Positions 1 through 25,813 of a stretch of DNA of 64,000 nucleotides are shown here, in pieces. Within the stretch, counting starts at the first letter, position 1. Each line of letters starts with the position of its first letter. The stretch is from Salpingoeca rosetta (Eukaryota > Protista > Choanoflagellata), in the NCBI GenBank assembly GCA_033442325.1, contig JAWQFM010000014.1, positions 1,074,241 to 1,138,240 on the forward strand, read 5' to 3'. Under the pieces are notes generated by a model. The model worked only from the letters and a program-made list of their open reading frames with translations, was not told the DNA's origin and did not search any database. Made by a program: the position numbers and the translations under genes.

Positions 1-287
1 TCGTCATCACACCAGCGCTGGTGTTGATTTGCAACCTGTGGACATGCATCGCATGTGTGCTGCACAGCACACAGACACACACACACAGACACACAGACAC
101 ACAGACACAGACACACACACACACACATACGCAGTGCGCCCGAGACGCAACAACAGCATGTACGTGGCGCATCCTGCCCACCTCCCTCACCTGCATTTCT
201 CACCCTTTCGTTGTTGCTGACTGCGCGTTTTGCTGCTGCTGTTGTTGCTGTTGCTGCTGCTGTTGCTGTTGCTGCTTGTGCTGACAG

Positions 288-1344
288 CTCGGCAGGGCGC
301 AATGCAGGACGAGGTTGATGAGCTGACCCGCACCGTCAAGGCCATGCAGCACGACGTGCAAGCGCTGGAAGAAGAGAACCAGCGCCTGCGTGCGGAGCGC
401 AAGCGCAACGTGGAGGAGATTCAAACTGCACGGCGCGAGTTGGAGCGGCTCATCGCTGCGCACAAAGACCTCAACAGCAAACACAGCCAGGCGCTGGCAG
501 ACCTCAAGGCGGCAAGGCAGGCCGCGCAACAGAGCAAAGACCAGCTGCTGGCTGAGCGGGAGGACATGGAGAGGGAGCGGGCAGCCATGCAGAAGGAGCA
601 TGAGGAGCGAACAGCGGCCCTGCGTGACGCACAGGCCAAGCTGGACGTCGAGCGACGGCAGACGCACCTCATGTTTGAGGATCTGCGGTCGCGACAGCAC
701 ATGTTGGGGCCAGATGGCCACTTTGCCCCATATGAGCTCGACAGCTTTCCCGAGACTGGCAAGTATGGCTTTGGGCCGACGCAGCAGCGGCAGCGGCAGC
801 GGCACGGTGATGGTGGTCGTGATGGTGGTCGTGATGGTGGTCGTGATCACGATCATCGTACTCATCATGGTGAGGAGCATGAGGATGATGACGATGACGA
901 TGACGACCACGAAGTGTACGAGGCGGAAGCGACGTTGCGTTCAAACGACCCTGATGCATATGGACAACGCCCAATGGTGCTGGAGATTGAACGGATGGGC
1001 GACGTGGACAGCAAGGTTGATCTTGTGGACTGTCAGCGGCGGGCAGAGGACATGGCGTCGCAGGCGTTTGACATTGCACGCCAGTACGAACGCACGCAGC
1101 ACGTGCTGCAGACCGCACACGGGGCAATCACGCGCCACTTGGTGCAGGAGCTGATGGGGTTGGAGGAGGAGCACACGCGGCTGCGCCTCGCCCATAGCGC
1201 CCTCGCCGGTGTGTATGACAGGCTGGCCCAGCGGGTGAGCAGGGAGAACCCCGACCTTTCCTCTGCCGTCTGGCCGCTGCCAAGCCTGCATGCATTGCCA
1301 ACCCCAAGCCCAAGGTACATGGCACTGCGAGAACAACACGTCAG

Positions 1345-1389
<45 letters not shown>

Positions 1390-2206
1390 GAAGAAGAAGA
1401 AGAAGAAGAAAAAGAAGAGCAAGCAACAGCAACAACAACAGCAACAACAACAGCAGCAGCAGCAGAAAGGGGAGCGGCATGGACGTGGTGATGAGGATGC
1501 GCATGATGTTGAAGATTGGGAAAAGGCAGAGAGGCAGGAGGGCCATGATGATGATGGTGATGGCATGACAGAAGCCGAGGAACAACACACCGGCGTATCT
1601 CCCCACCACCATCAAGTGGAAGAGGACGATGACGATGTGGACGATGAGGAAGGTACTGAACAGGGAAAGCAAGCAGAACGCACGGCAACGACAACAGCAA
1701 CATCCCAGTCATCAGAATCAACAGCAGCACAGCACGCGATCATGTCGCCTTCCACGCCAATAGCACAGGTGCTGCCCCACCCACATGCACAGCAGCAGCA
1801 CCACCACCAACAACAACAGCAGCAGCAGCAGCAACGGCGTCAGCTGTCGGCATCTGTGCCTGCGAAGGGCACGGCGAGTGGGCGGGAGCGCAGCCGCGAT
1901 CGTGGTGGGCGTGGCAGCGCAAACGTGAGCTTTGGGGCGTTTGACACCGTGTATGAGATCAGCCCCGCACAACAACCCGGTATGTTTGCAGGTCTTCCAC
2001 CACGGCCCGCACGCCACGTGTCTTCGAAATCATCGCAGCTGTCCCCGAATGTGCGGGCAGGCGACACTGCGGGCGTGGTGGGAGAGCGGCAATATGGGAC
2101 TGGTGGTGGCATGCTGTCATTCTCGCCAGATCGCAGACACAGTGACGAGGAGGAGGAGCATGATGATGGCAGCGTGGGTGGTGAAAGAGTGAGGCTGGGC
2201 GCAGCA

Positions 2207-2244
<38 letters not shown>

Positions 2245-4051
2245 GCCACCGCCTCGCATTCGCGTTGTTGCGCCGGATCAGCACGACGATGGTGGTGATG
2301 ATTCTGAAGATGACGATGGCGAGGAGGAGATTGAAGAAGACATTGTCACGGACAGCGATGGAGAGCAGAATGAAGCAAGCAAGCAGAAGAAACGCGAAAA
2401 GAATGCTGCTGGCGGCGGTGGCGCCGAAGCATTGCGTGGTGCCATGCGCACACCCCAGCGCGAGACAAGTGCTGACGTCAATGACGACAATGACAGCTGG
2501 GGTGATTCGAGTAACGATGGTGAGGCACGCCATGCTAAAAGCAATGTCAGCGGTGCACTCGGGCAGCAACAACTACAGCAGCAACAACGGCAACAGCAAG
2601 TGCCGGGGAGAATTCGCCTTGCGCAGAACTCCCCCGGTGACACCAACGCAGACGCACGCCCCCAGCGTGTGCGAGGGGCGTTGCGCGACACCTACATGTT
2701 GAGCGGGTCCCTACCACGCCGACAGGAAGAAGAAAGGGAGGCAGAAGAACGCCGGTTTGCGTTTGCACGTGCGCCACACGCTCGCGTACGTGCTCGACCG
2801 TCCACACGCGTGTCCACGGCAGGGGCAGTGGAGGCTGTTGCTCGCGCGCGATCGCAGTCACTGGCGCGTCTGGAACAGCAACGCCGCGCGCTGCGTGGCG
2901 TGGTGGCGGAGTCCTTTGAGCGGTCATCACTCACATCGGCGTCCATCCACTCTGCAGCGACAGCCACGCCCTCAACGTCCTTCTTTGAAGACAGCGTGCT
3001 GGCGTCCTCCCGCTACACGCACGCATCTTCGCTGACATCGTCGTTTGGCGACGAGCCGCGCTCGTTTGCCCCACAGCAGCGCTTCCACCAACACCAGCAC
3101 CAGCACCGGCACCCCGCCAGCCCTGACGCCCTGTCGACATCGTGGCGCGCGCGTGGCCTGGAGTGCTCCCCGCTCACCACCAGCGTGGAGGAGAGTGCAC
3201 GACGAGCGCGCCGCACACGCACACGTGTACGTGGTGGCACACGTGGCGATGTTGGTGATGATGATGGTGGTGATGTCGATAATGGTGGGAGTTTTCTATT
3301 TGGGACGCAAGGGTCGAGGGTGCGACGGGCACCAAAGGCTGGGCGGCGCGCTGATGCTGGTGGTCATGATGGTGGTCATGATGGTGGTGGTCGTCGTCGT
3401 CATCGTGATAATCGTGGTGGGCTGGAGACTGGAGATGTAAGCGCCATCCTGAGCAGTGATGACGAGGCAGAAAGGGACGAGAGGCAACGGGGGCGAAAAC
3501 TTGTTGCTGGTGGTGGCAAGCAGAGTGGCAGTGATGATGCTTTTGAGAATGATGGCACTGATGCCGAAAGCGACGAATTGGATGGCGACTCGACGTATGA
3601 TGTCATCAACACTGGCGGTGGAGGTGCGAATGGACATGGAGATGGGGATGGTCGTGACGCTGACGACTCAGAGGCATCAGCACTGACCACGAGCACGCCT
3701 GTGCGGTCCAACCCTGATCGCCGCAGGCGTCGCCCAGCCAATTCGGAGAGCGCGCAGCGCACACGCCAGCGGCAACGAACGCAGGACAAGCAGCAGCAGT
3801 GCAACGGACGACGACATGATGATGTGGATGACGATGATGATGATGGTGATGATGATGCTGATGACGATGAGTGTGAGGATGAGTGGAGCAGCGAGGGCGA
3901 GGGCAATGGTGGTGGAGATTGGAGTGCGTGGGATACGACAGTGGATGCGGATGAATCTGTATCTGTCCTGGATCTGTCACAGCAGGTGGACGACGCGACA
4001 AAGGCTGCACGCGCCATCCATGACCGTGCACAAAAATTGGCCACAGAATGA
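288..4051 (+). CDS. Large terminal exon of an uncharacterised protein (N-terminal coiled coil followed by poly-Q/poly-K/acidic low-complexity region); 5' exons lie at or before the window start
   Basis: Acceptor ctgacag at 281-287, then a stop-free frame to TGA 4049-4051. Heptad-like QDEVDELTRTVKAMQHDVQALEEENQRLRAERKRNVEEIQ...; no catalytic motif recognised. The poly-L start of ORF 230 is intronic (ctg/ttg repeat). Confidence 0.7.
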
Positions 4052-4080
4052 TTGTGTGCATGTGTGTGTGTGCATGTGTG

Positions 4081-4135
<55 letters not shown>

Positions 4136-4459
4136 TGAAGAACAGTGGCTTCGTGGTGGGGTCTGTGTTGTTGTGCTGCGTGAGAGTTTCCTTCCCTGTT
4201 ATCGATCCATTGCGTGTTTCCTTGTCACCCATGTTCATTCCTGTTTTGTGTACATACACACCCGATATGTTGTGCTCCGACACAAGCAGGCGAGAGAGAA
4301 AGAGGAGGGAAGTGACAAGCAGAAGAGGAAAGGGGAAAGAGGACGCATGCACACAGCGTCGGTGCCTTGTTTGTGTGCACCCACACATCACACACAATCA
4401 AACGCAGCTTGCTTGCTTCCTTGCTTGCGTGTTGTTGCACACGCACGCAACCAACAAAG

Positions 4460-4471
4460 TTTGGCGCGAAA
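4460..4471. promoter_or_regulatory. Candidate E2F/DP binding site TTTGGCGCGAAA upstream of the ISWI-RCC1 gene
   Basis: Exact reverse complement of the classic DHFR-type overlapping E2F element TTTCGCGCCAAA, in the intergenic gap about 560 bp upstream of ATG 5028. Confidence 0.4.
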
Positions 4472-4537
4472 CCGCTGAATGCAAAGGCCGTTTTTTTCCT
4501 CGCACGACTTTTCTTCCGTGAAGACGACTACGCACAC

Positions 4538-4595
<58 letters not shown>

Positions 4596-5027
4596 GTGCG
4601 TGTGTGTCCGTGCGTGTGTGTATGATGGTGATGATGATGCTGGCGACAGTGCCGTGTGGCGTGTGCATGTGGATGGGCCAAAGGAAACGCTGTGTCACAT
4701 CATGCGACATGACATGACATCACATCCCTAGACGCTCACCTTCTTTCTTGCTTGATGGCGCTGTCTTGTGTGCGTGCACTCTGCCCGTTGGCTGCTTGGG
4801 CAGACGTCACAAGCATCCAAAGGCCAGCGAAGGAGATCCACGCGCGCGCTTGCTTGCGTCTTGCTTTTTGTTTCACTGGGATTGTTAGGGTACAGTTGAG
4901 CCATCACGGTAGCTTCGAGATCGACACCAACCACCCCCGACCCCTTCCAACAGACGGCAGCTCGCTGCAGCCTTGCTGCGCTGGTGTGGAGCACTAGTTT
5001 CCCACCCGTTCTCGCCATCTCACCGTC

Positions 5028-18751
<13,724 letters not shown>

Positions 18752-18772
18752 AGGAAACGTGGGGCTGTGTCG

Positions 18773-18831
<59 letters not shown>

Positions 18832-19065
18832 GTTTACTTATACTTGTTTGGTTGGAGGTATTAAGCTTGCATGAAATCCCAGGACTGGAAAACAAACTTT
18901 GCTTTGCAGCAGCTGCTTGCAACAAGCAAGCAAGCAAGTTAGTGGAAAACAAGGAAGGAAACAAAAGCGGCGGGTGTGGCAGTTGTCATTGTTTTGGTTG
19001 GCTCTCTGCATGTGGCTCTCTGCGTGTGGCACAGCTTTGGTTTTGTTGCGACGAGAGGAAGAGGG

Positions 19066-20893
19066 ATGACTGAGGCCACGCTACGGCTGCTGGCGTCGAC
19101 GACGCTCGTGCTGCTGGCTGTGCTGGTGACAACGACGCCAGCCTCGGTAGCTGCGCGAAGCGTGATTGGCGACATCACACCGGTGTGTTCAGTGACACTG
19201 TGCACTGTGCTGCGTGTGGGTGCTCGCCTTCCTCAGTGTGGAGAGCAGTCCCTCATGCTTGGATGGGTAGATGGGTGGATGGGTGGATGTGGATGGGTGG
19301 GTTGTGCAGTGCCTATGCGTCAGTGAGTGCGGCGTGCGACGTGGTGTGGCTGAAGAGAACAAGTCCTTCATTGCACACTACTGTTGTGATGTACTGTGTG
19401 GTGTGCTGTAAGGGTACAAACTCATCGGCATTATGATCTCCTCCCCTATCCCGTCCCATTCAGGTCGCACGCAACTATGTGCTTGCAAATGAAGAGTTCT
19501 GCCATGGCCAGCTGGTGAGCGTGTTCAAGTTTCCACACCTCTTTGCCCAGATTGGTTACACTTACGGAGGTCAGTCGACTGGCACGCTGCAACGGTGAAC
19601 GGGCTGGTTGGGGGCACAGTGTCGAATGCACGTGCTTCTGTGCTTGACCCTTGGGAGCAATTGCTTGCTGCTGTTGTTGTACCACCAATCTCACTGTGGT
19701 CATTCGTGCTAGTTGGTCTGTGTACTCCTCACCTGCACGTTTCATCACACTCACACTCACATCACATACACTCACACTCACATCACATATACTCACACTC
19801 ACATCACACACACACACACTCACACATAACACTCACTTACACTCACACTCACACACACATCACATACACTCACACACACACATCACACACAACCCACGCA
19901 CTGCGTGCGCGCTTGCTTGTTTGCGCAGGAGATGGTCGCAACTTCTTTCGGCTGCCTGACTTGCGTGGCTCCACAGTGCTGTCTGCAAACGAGACGTCGA
20001 GCATTGGGACCACACGCAATGAGGACGACGCGTCTGCGCTGCTGATGATCAAACACCTTCCCCAGCACAAGACGCTCACCACGCCGCTGCAAGCTGCGGC
20101 GGCCAATGAGCCCACCACGGGCCTGGCAACGTGCACCAGCGCTGACACAGGCTGCGTGGACGTGTATCCCTCCATGCTGGTGGGCAGCAGCACAGAGAAG
20201 ACGGTGAACGGCGTGCGTGCTCCTGGTGTTGCAATGCACTTTGTCGTGTCCACACGCGGCATCTGGCCAACCTCGCCTCAGGACAGCCTGCAAAGCATCA
20301 CCGAAGGCACAGCCCGTCCAGATGAGTGAGTGAGTGAGTGAGTGAAAGTGTGTATGTGTGTGTGTGTCTGCGTGTGTGTCTGTGTCTGCATGTGTGTCTG
20401 TGTCTGCATGTGTTGTGTTGGTTTAATGTGTGCGTGCGTGTGCGTAGCTGTGTGCTGTGTGGCTCTTTTTTCTCCTTTGCCTCCTTCCAACTCAAGAACC
20501 CAAGCGTGGCTGTCATCGCTGTCTTTTTCTTCTTGCTTGGATGTCTCCTTCTCACCACCGCGAACAGGTCAAGCACGAACACCGAACCAGTCGTCATCAG
20601 CTTGGTAAGCCACGTGCTTCCACCATGACAACACATGCCCATTCACATGCTGTGTTGTGGGAGTGGATGCCTTGTGTGAACCAGTGCCACCACGCTCACG
20701 TGTGTTCTGCCCAAAACGTGCCCTGTGTTCCTTCGTTCTTGTCATTCCTATGCCTGGTTGTATCAGAGCACTGCGGATTCCGATCGCCTTGGACACCTTT
20801 CCTTCGCAGATCCCACGCTCGACTTTAACGCGCGCCGCGATATCCCTGCCTCCTTCGCCACATCGACCGGCGTCGAAGGTACCTGTGGTGTCG

Positions 20894-20943
<50 letters not shown>

Positions 20944-22893
20944 TGTGTGTGTGTGTGTGTGTGTTCTTGTTGTGCTCGAGCTTGTGCATTGGGGTTGATA
21001 TATGTGTGCGTATGTGTCGACAGTGCACGTAGTGTGGATGCCACCACTGCATTGGTTTTGCTTATTGCGCAATGTTTGTCCACTTATTCGCACGGTCTGC
21101 ACCAGGATGGTAGTGGCAGCCCCGCCTCCGTGGCCACGGTGGGCAACGGGGAATCATTTTCCGTCATTGGGCCAGGCCTCTTCCTCGCTGCGCACGCCGG
21201 CTTGGCAGACATGGAGACGCACACGCTTGGCGACGTGGCTGCGTTCCCTTTCTCCACCCCGTCTTCCTCTGATTGGCTGCCTTGTGATGGTCGTGCCATG
21301 AACAAGCTGGTGTGTTTGTGTCACGTGATGCGAACAGGACGTTGTCGCTGCTTGCCTTCCAACTTCTCCCATATTTTGAATGCCGCGCTTGTGGTGTTGC
21401 TGTTGCTCACAACCTCCACCCATCTTTTCCGCCTCTTCCCCTTTATCTGATTGCTCATGCTCTGTACAGAGCAATTTGCAACTCTTCACGGTCATTGGGG
21501 ACGCATTTGGCGCCAACTCGACCCACTTCCACCTTCCAAATCTCAATGGCCAGACCATCTACGGCGCACGCACAGACGACAGGTTGGGCGGAGCACATCA
21601 ACTGCCTGTATGCAATTATGTCGCGTTGAATTTCGTGTTGCGTTTGGCGTCGTCCTTTGTACACCGCTGCGCTGTTGTGCGTGTCTCGTATGCGCACTTG
21701 ATTTGTTCTGTGTTTGCCTCCACTGATCATGTGGCTTGATACCCGATGCTTCGCATGGGTCTGTTGAAACCAACACCCGATGCTTTGATGGTCATTCATG
21801 TCAACATCATTGTTAAAAGCAGCCCAAGTTTCGGCTCGCGTGTCTCTGGGATGCCTGCGCTCGGCTGGGATGATGTTCCTGGCTTTTCCGGCAATGCCCT
21901 TCCCAACACCATTGCTCTCAAGACCTGTGGCACCGGACCATCTTGCACAGGTGCATGTGTGTGTGTGCGTGCGTGTATGTGTGTATGTGTGTGTGTGTGT
22001 GTTTGGCAAGGTGTATGCCACTTGCCACCGTCCTGAGTTGCATGGCATCCGATCTCATCGAGGCACACATCACGTATCTACTGCTTGTGTGTTCTGCGCT
22101 GCCTGCCGACTGCCGCAGAATTGCTGAATCCAACAACGAGCACGTTCTCCACGTCTAATGCCGATGCCATTCTGAATCACATTCGGGTGGCCTCGGTGGC
22201 GTTCTACATGTACGCGGCAGGTATGTTGTAACAACCTTCATGTCAAGGCAATCAAGCCTACGCCATGCAGCTTGCCTTGAACATTCTTTCATCCTTTGGT
22301 ACCCAGTGGAGTTACATCACGTGTAACAAGTGGAGCAATATAACAGCAATGTCTTTGCCGGTTTCCGACACCACCTGTGGTTTTGTGCTTGGGGTTGCCT
22401 GCAGGCACGGCGCCATCTCCGAGCCAGTGTGCCGATGGCTTCTATTCCGACGACGTGGATCCCCTCTGCTCCAAGCGTGTGGAGGACATTCTTGGCTTGG
22501 CAGTCGTTAATCAGACGCTCACGCCCGCATTCAGGTCAGAGAGAAGGGGAGGGAGGTGTGTGTGTCTGTGTGTGTCCGTGTGTCTGTGTCTGTGTGTGTG
22601 TGTCTGTGTGTGTGTCTGTGTGTGTGTCGATGTTTGCGTGTATTTGTGGGTATATTCATCTATTCACGGCCATGTTTCGCCCCTCACTCCTCGCTGACCA
22701 TGCTTCAGTCCAAATGTGAGCGAGTATACGGTGTATTTGCCATCCCTGCAAGAGATTGTCACCATCAACGTTCAAGCTCCAGACGGTATGGTACATTAGT
22801 GCTTGTGCTCATGTGTGCTTGGGTGAATGAACGTTGAGTTTGCGTATCGATGCCTTGCGTGTGTGTCTGTGTCTGTGTGGTGGGGTGTGCGTG

Positions 22894-22969
<76 letters not shown>

Positions 22970-23790
22970 TGTGCAGCTGTCATCACTGCCCAAAAGTTGC
23001 TTGTTGCTGACTCAAATCGCCCGGTGTTCTCTTTGCATCCAGGCTCCGGCGTGGAGGGCGATGGTTTGGTTGTCCTACGTGGCGGGCCCCAAGGCGAAAC
23101 AGAGCACACTGTTCGCGTGGTGGCTGGAGCAAACACAGAGTACACATACTCCATCACCTTTATCCAGCCGGTACGCCGCTTCCCTTTTCTTTGTCCTGCT
23201 TGCCCGCAAGCAACTGCGTCAGCTGGAGCGGCAGCTGTCTTGCTTGAGTGTACCAAGTGTGTTTGCTTTCATCAGTACGGGTGCGAGCACGCCTCACTGT
23301 TATTGTTCGATGACTGTGCTGCGCAGTACATTTGTGGCTCCGGAACGGTGAGCGCTGGGGAGCGGTCGCAACCCGTCGCAGTGGAACGAAGCACAATCTC
23401 GGGCGACATGTGAGTGAATGTGTGTGCATGCGTGCGTGCGTGTGTGTGTGTGTGTGTGTGTGTGTTGCCTGCTCCTGCTGGGATCTATGCTGCCATGACT
23501 GCGCTGCTGCTGGCAATGCTGCTCCAAAGCTGTTGTTGGCGGTCGTGGTGGATGTGTGGGCGCCCGCTCCTGATTGTCTTGGGGTTCTCCTGGCAGTGCC
23601 CTCATTATCATCTGTCGCTTGTGTGCTGCCGTGCTTGGACAGCGAGGAGTATTCCAAGAACGCTGACTGCCCGCAAGGCACGATTGGTTCGCTGACAGTC
23701 ACGTGTTCGCCGACATCCCCACAGTGGCGCGTCTCAACAGACACCTGCGCTGTTCCAGGTGTGTGTTTTGTGTGCATGTGTGCATGTGTG

Positions 23791-23869
<79 letters not shown>

Positions 23870-24983
23870 CTGGACAGAAGACTGCGTGTTTGTCTTCATT
23901 CTGATCGAACATCCCCCCCTCCTCCATCCGCCATGCTGCGTCACTATTGCCGTCAGATTGCGTTGGCGGCCGCGTGAAGAGCCGGCGCGTTCGTGTGATG
24001 CTGCCGCCAGGAAACGTTGGCGACACAGCGTACGCAGACTGCCCTGCTGGCTATCGAGGTGCGGGGTAGGGAGGAAGGCGCAAGCAGTCTTAGTCAGGCG
24101 GTGCTGTTGGTGGCGTGCTGTTGATGTGCTCGTGCAACTGTTGATGTGTCTTGCGCTCGTTTTGGTTTCGTTGCCTTTTTGTCTTGTTGACCAGCGGGAT
24201 CAGCTTGCTTGCTCGCTTCCTTGTGTTGCTTGGGGTGCCATGGTTGACCTAGAGCTATGCGAATTGCTTCGTTGGTGCCTGACTGGATGAATATCAACAT
24301 CATGGTCGCATATGTTCACACCGACTCAACTCTTCCACTGCACACAATCCTCCCCCCCCCCAACCCTTTCTCCCTTTTAACACGGCAGGCCGGCTGTCGT
24401 TTGAGTGCCAGCAAGCTCACCAGCGCCGTGCTGCCTACCGCCGCACGAGTGGGCAATGCAGAGGTGAGTGCACGTGCTTGCAGGTACTAGATGGTACACA
24501 GGCGCCGTGCTGGCGTGTGCGAAGACGCAAGTCACATTCACAGCGCACTTGCTTTGGGTTTGTATGCACCCCTGGCTCACATGCACATCTCCACATCACC
24601 CTGTGTCCTCCCCCCCCCCCCTTCACTTGCCTGCATGCGCGCAACTTGTGACCAGGCTGTGCTGCGCATCACCAGGACACCACGGGTGATGCGTGCGAGG
24701 CCGCATGCCAGCGCCAATACAATGCTCCCTCACGCTACACCCTCATTGATGCAAACCCAACAACGGGCTGCAAGGGGCGCTGTGAGTGTTTCCTTCTCCC
24801 TCCATAGCACCTTTGAACTCTGTGTGTGTGTGTGTGTATGTGTGTGTGTGTGTGTGTGTGTATGTGTGTGTTTCCTTTCCTCTCCAACCGTCGTTGACAA
24901 CCCGCACGCGTTTCGTTCTTACAGTGTTGCGTCACATGTTCAATCGCGTGGGAAAGCAGCCACATTGGCATGTTTCCGTCTAA
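19066..24983 (+). CDS. Secreted multi-exon protein: signal peptide, tandem phage tail-collar/MdpB-like units, cadherin-like beta-sandwich and Cys-rich C-terminal modules (3' end uncertain)
   Basis: Signal peptide MTEATLRLLASTTLVLLAVLVTTTPASVAA. Exons 19066-19182, 19464-19569 and 19929-~20325 splice to VIGDITPVARNYVLANEEFCHGQLVSVFKFPHLFAQIGYTYGGDGRNFFRLPDLRG..HLPQH..VRAPGVAMHFVVSTRGIWP, matching the tail-collar consensus GEI..CxGQ..LF..IGxTYGGDG..FxLPDLRG. A second clear collar is LGDVAAFPF..DWLPCDGRAMNKL|SNLQLFTVIGDAFGANSTHFHLPNLNG (~21227-21550). ILGLAVVNQTLTPAFS|PNVSEYTVYLP..VTINVQAPD..YTYSITF is cadherin-like. No transmembrane helix seen. Confidence 0.8.
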
Positions 24984-25095
24984 ACGCCCAACCCTCTCCC
25001 CAAATACAGCCATCTGCACCTGAAGTCATGTCACAACAATGCTCAGAAGGACACGTGAACTACGCACAATCACAACTGCAACACGTGGACGGTCA

Positions 25096-25380
25096 TCATC
25101 TGCGGAGGAGACGGCGGCCAAGCGTGGTGAGCGACATGAGCGTGCGTGCAGCAGGATACACCGTGCGCTGTGCACAGGCGGTGGTGGGGAGGGCACGGGG
25201 CACAGCAGCGACGGCAGCAGCGCACGTGTGCATTGCGCGCTTCTGTGCGTAGTAGCGCCGTTCCAGGCTGTCGACACGATCCAGGAAGAACGTGCCGGGA
25301 AACAGGTTCGTGTCGCGAGACTCGGGCGAAAAGTCAAACCGCGTGTACTCCTGCAGTCGTGGGGTGAGAGCAACATGAGT

Positions 25381-25434
<54 letters not shown>

Positions 25435-25508
25435 AACATATGAGCGACAAACGGTTGCACCCATGGCTGGGCAAGCGACGAACAGACACGCGCACTAACA
25501 GAGACTTA

Positions 25509-25551
<43 letters not shown>

Positions 25552-25573
25552 TGTACGCACCCACACACACCAA

Positions 25574-25656
<83 letters not shown>

Positions 25657-25813
25657 TACCTTGGGAGACGCCGTCGTAGGCCTCAAGGTCTTGCTGGGAG
25701 ACATACATGGAAGGGAAGTAGACGTCCATGGCGACGATGCCCACATCCTGCGGGCGGCCGCCGAGCCACGATGGGACGTGGGTGGCAAAGTTGTTGGTCT
25801 TGCTGGTGTTCAT
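25096..25813 (-). pseudogene. HMGCS: HMG-CoA synthase, only first (25660-25813) and last (25096-25350) exons present; internally deleted copy or assembly collapse
   Basis: Exon 1 RPQDVGIVAMDVYFPSMYVSQQDLEAYDGVSQG is the HMGCS N-terminus; the last exon DFSPESRDTNLFPGTFFLDRVDSLERRYY is the HMGCS C-terminus. The donor is phase 1 and the acceptor phase 0, so direct splicing frameshifts. The catalytic core (ACYG motif) is absent. Confidence 0.75.

Noticed and set aside
19066-22220. Prophage or bacterial contamination suggested by tail-collar motifs
   Set aside because: The motifs are interrupted by GT-AG introns with host-type microsatellites, follow a signal peptide and are flanked by ordinary eukaryotic genes; no other phage genes are present.
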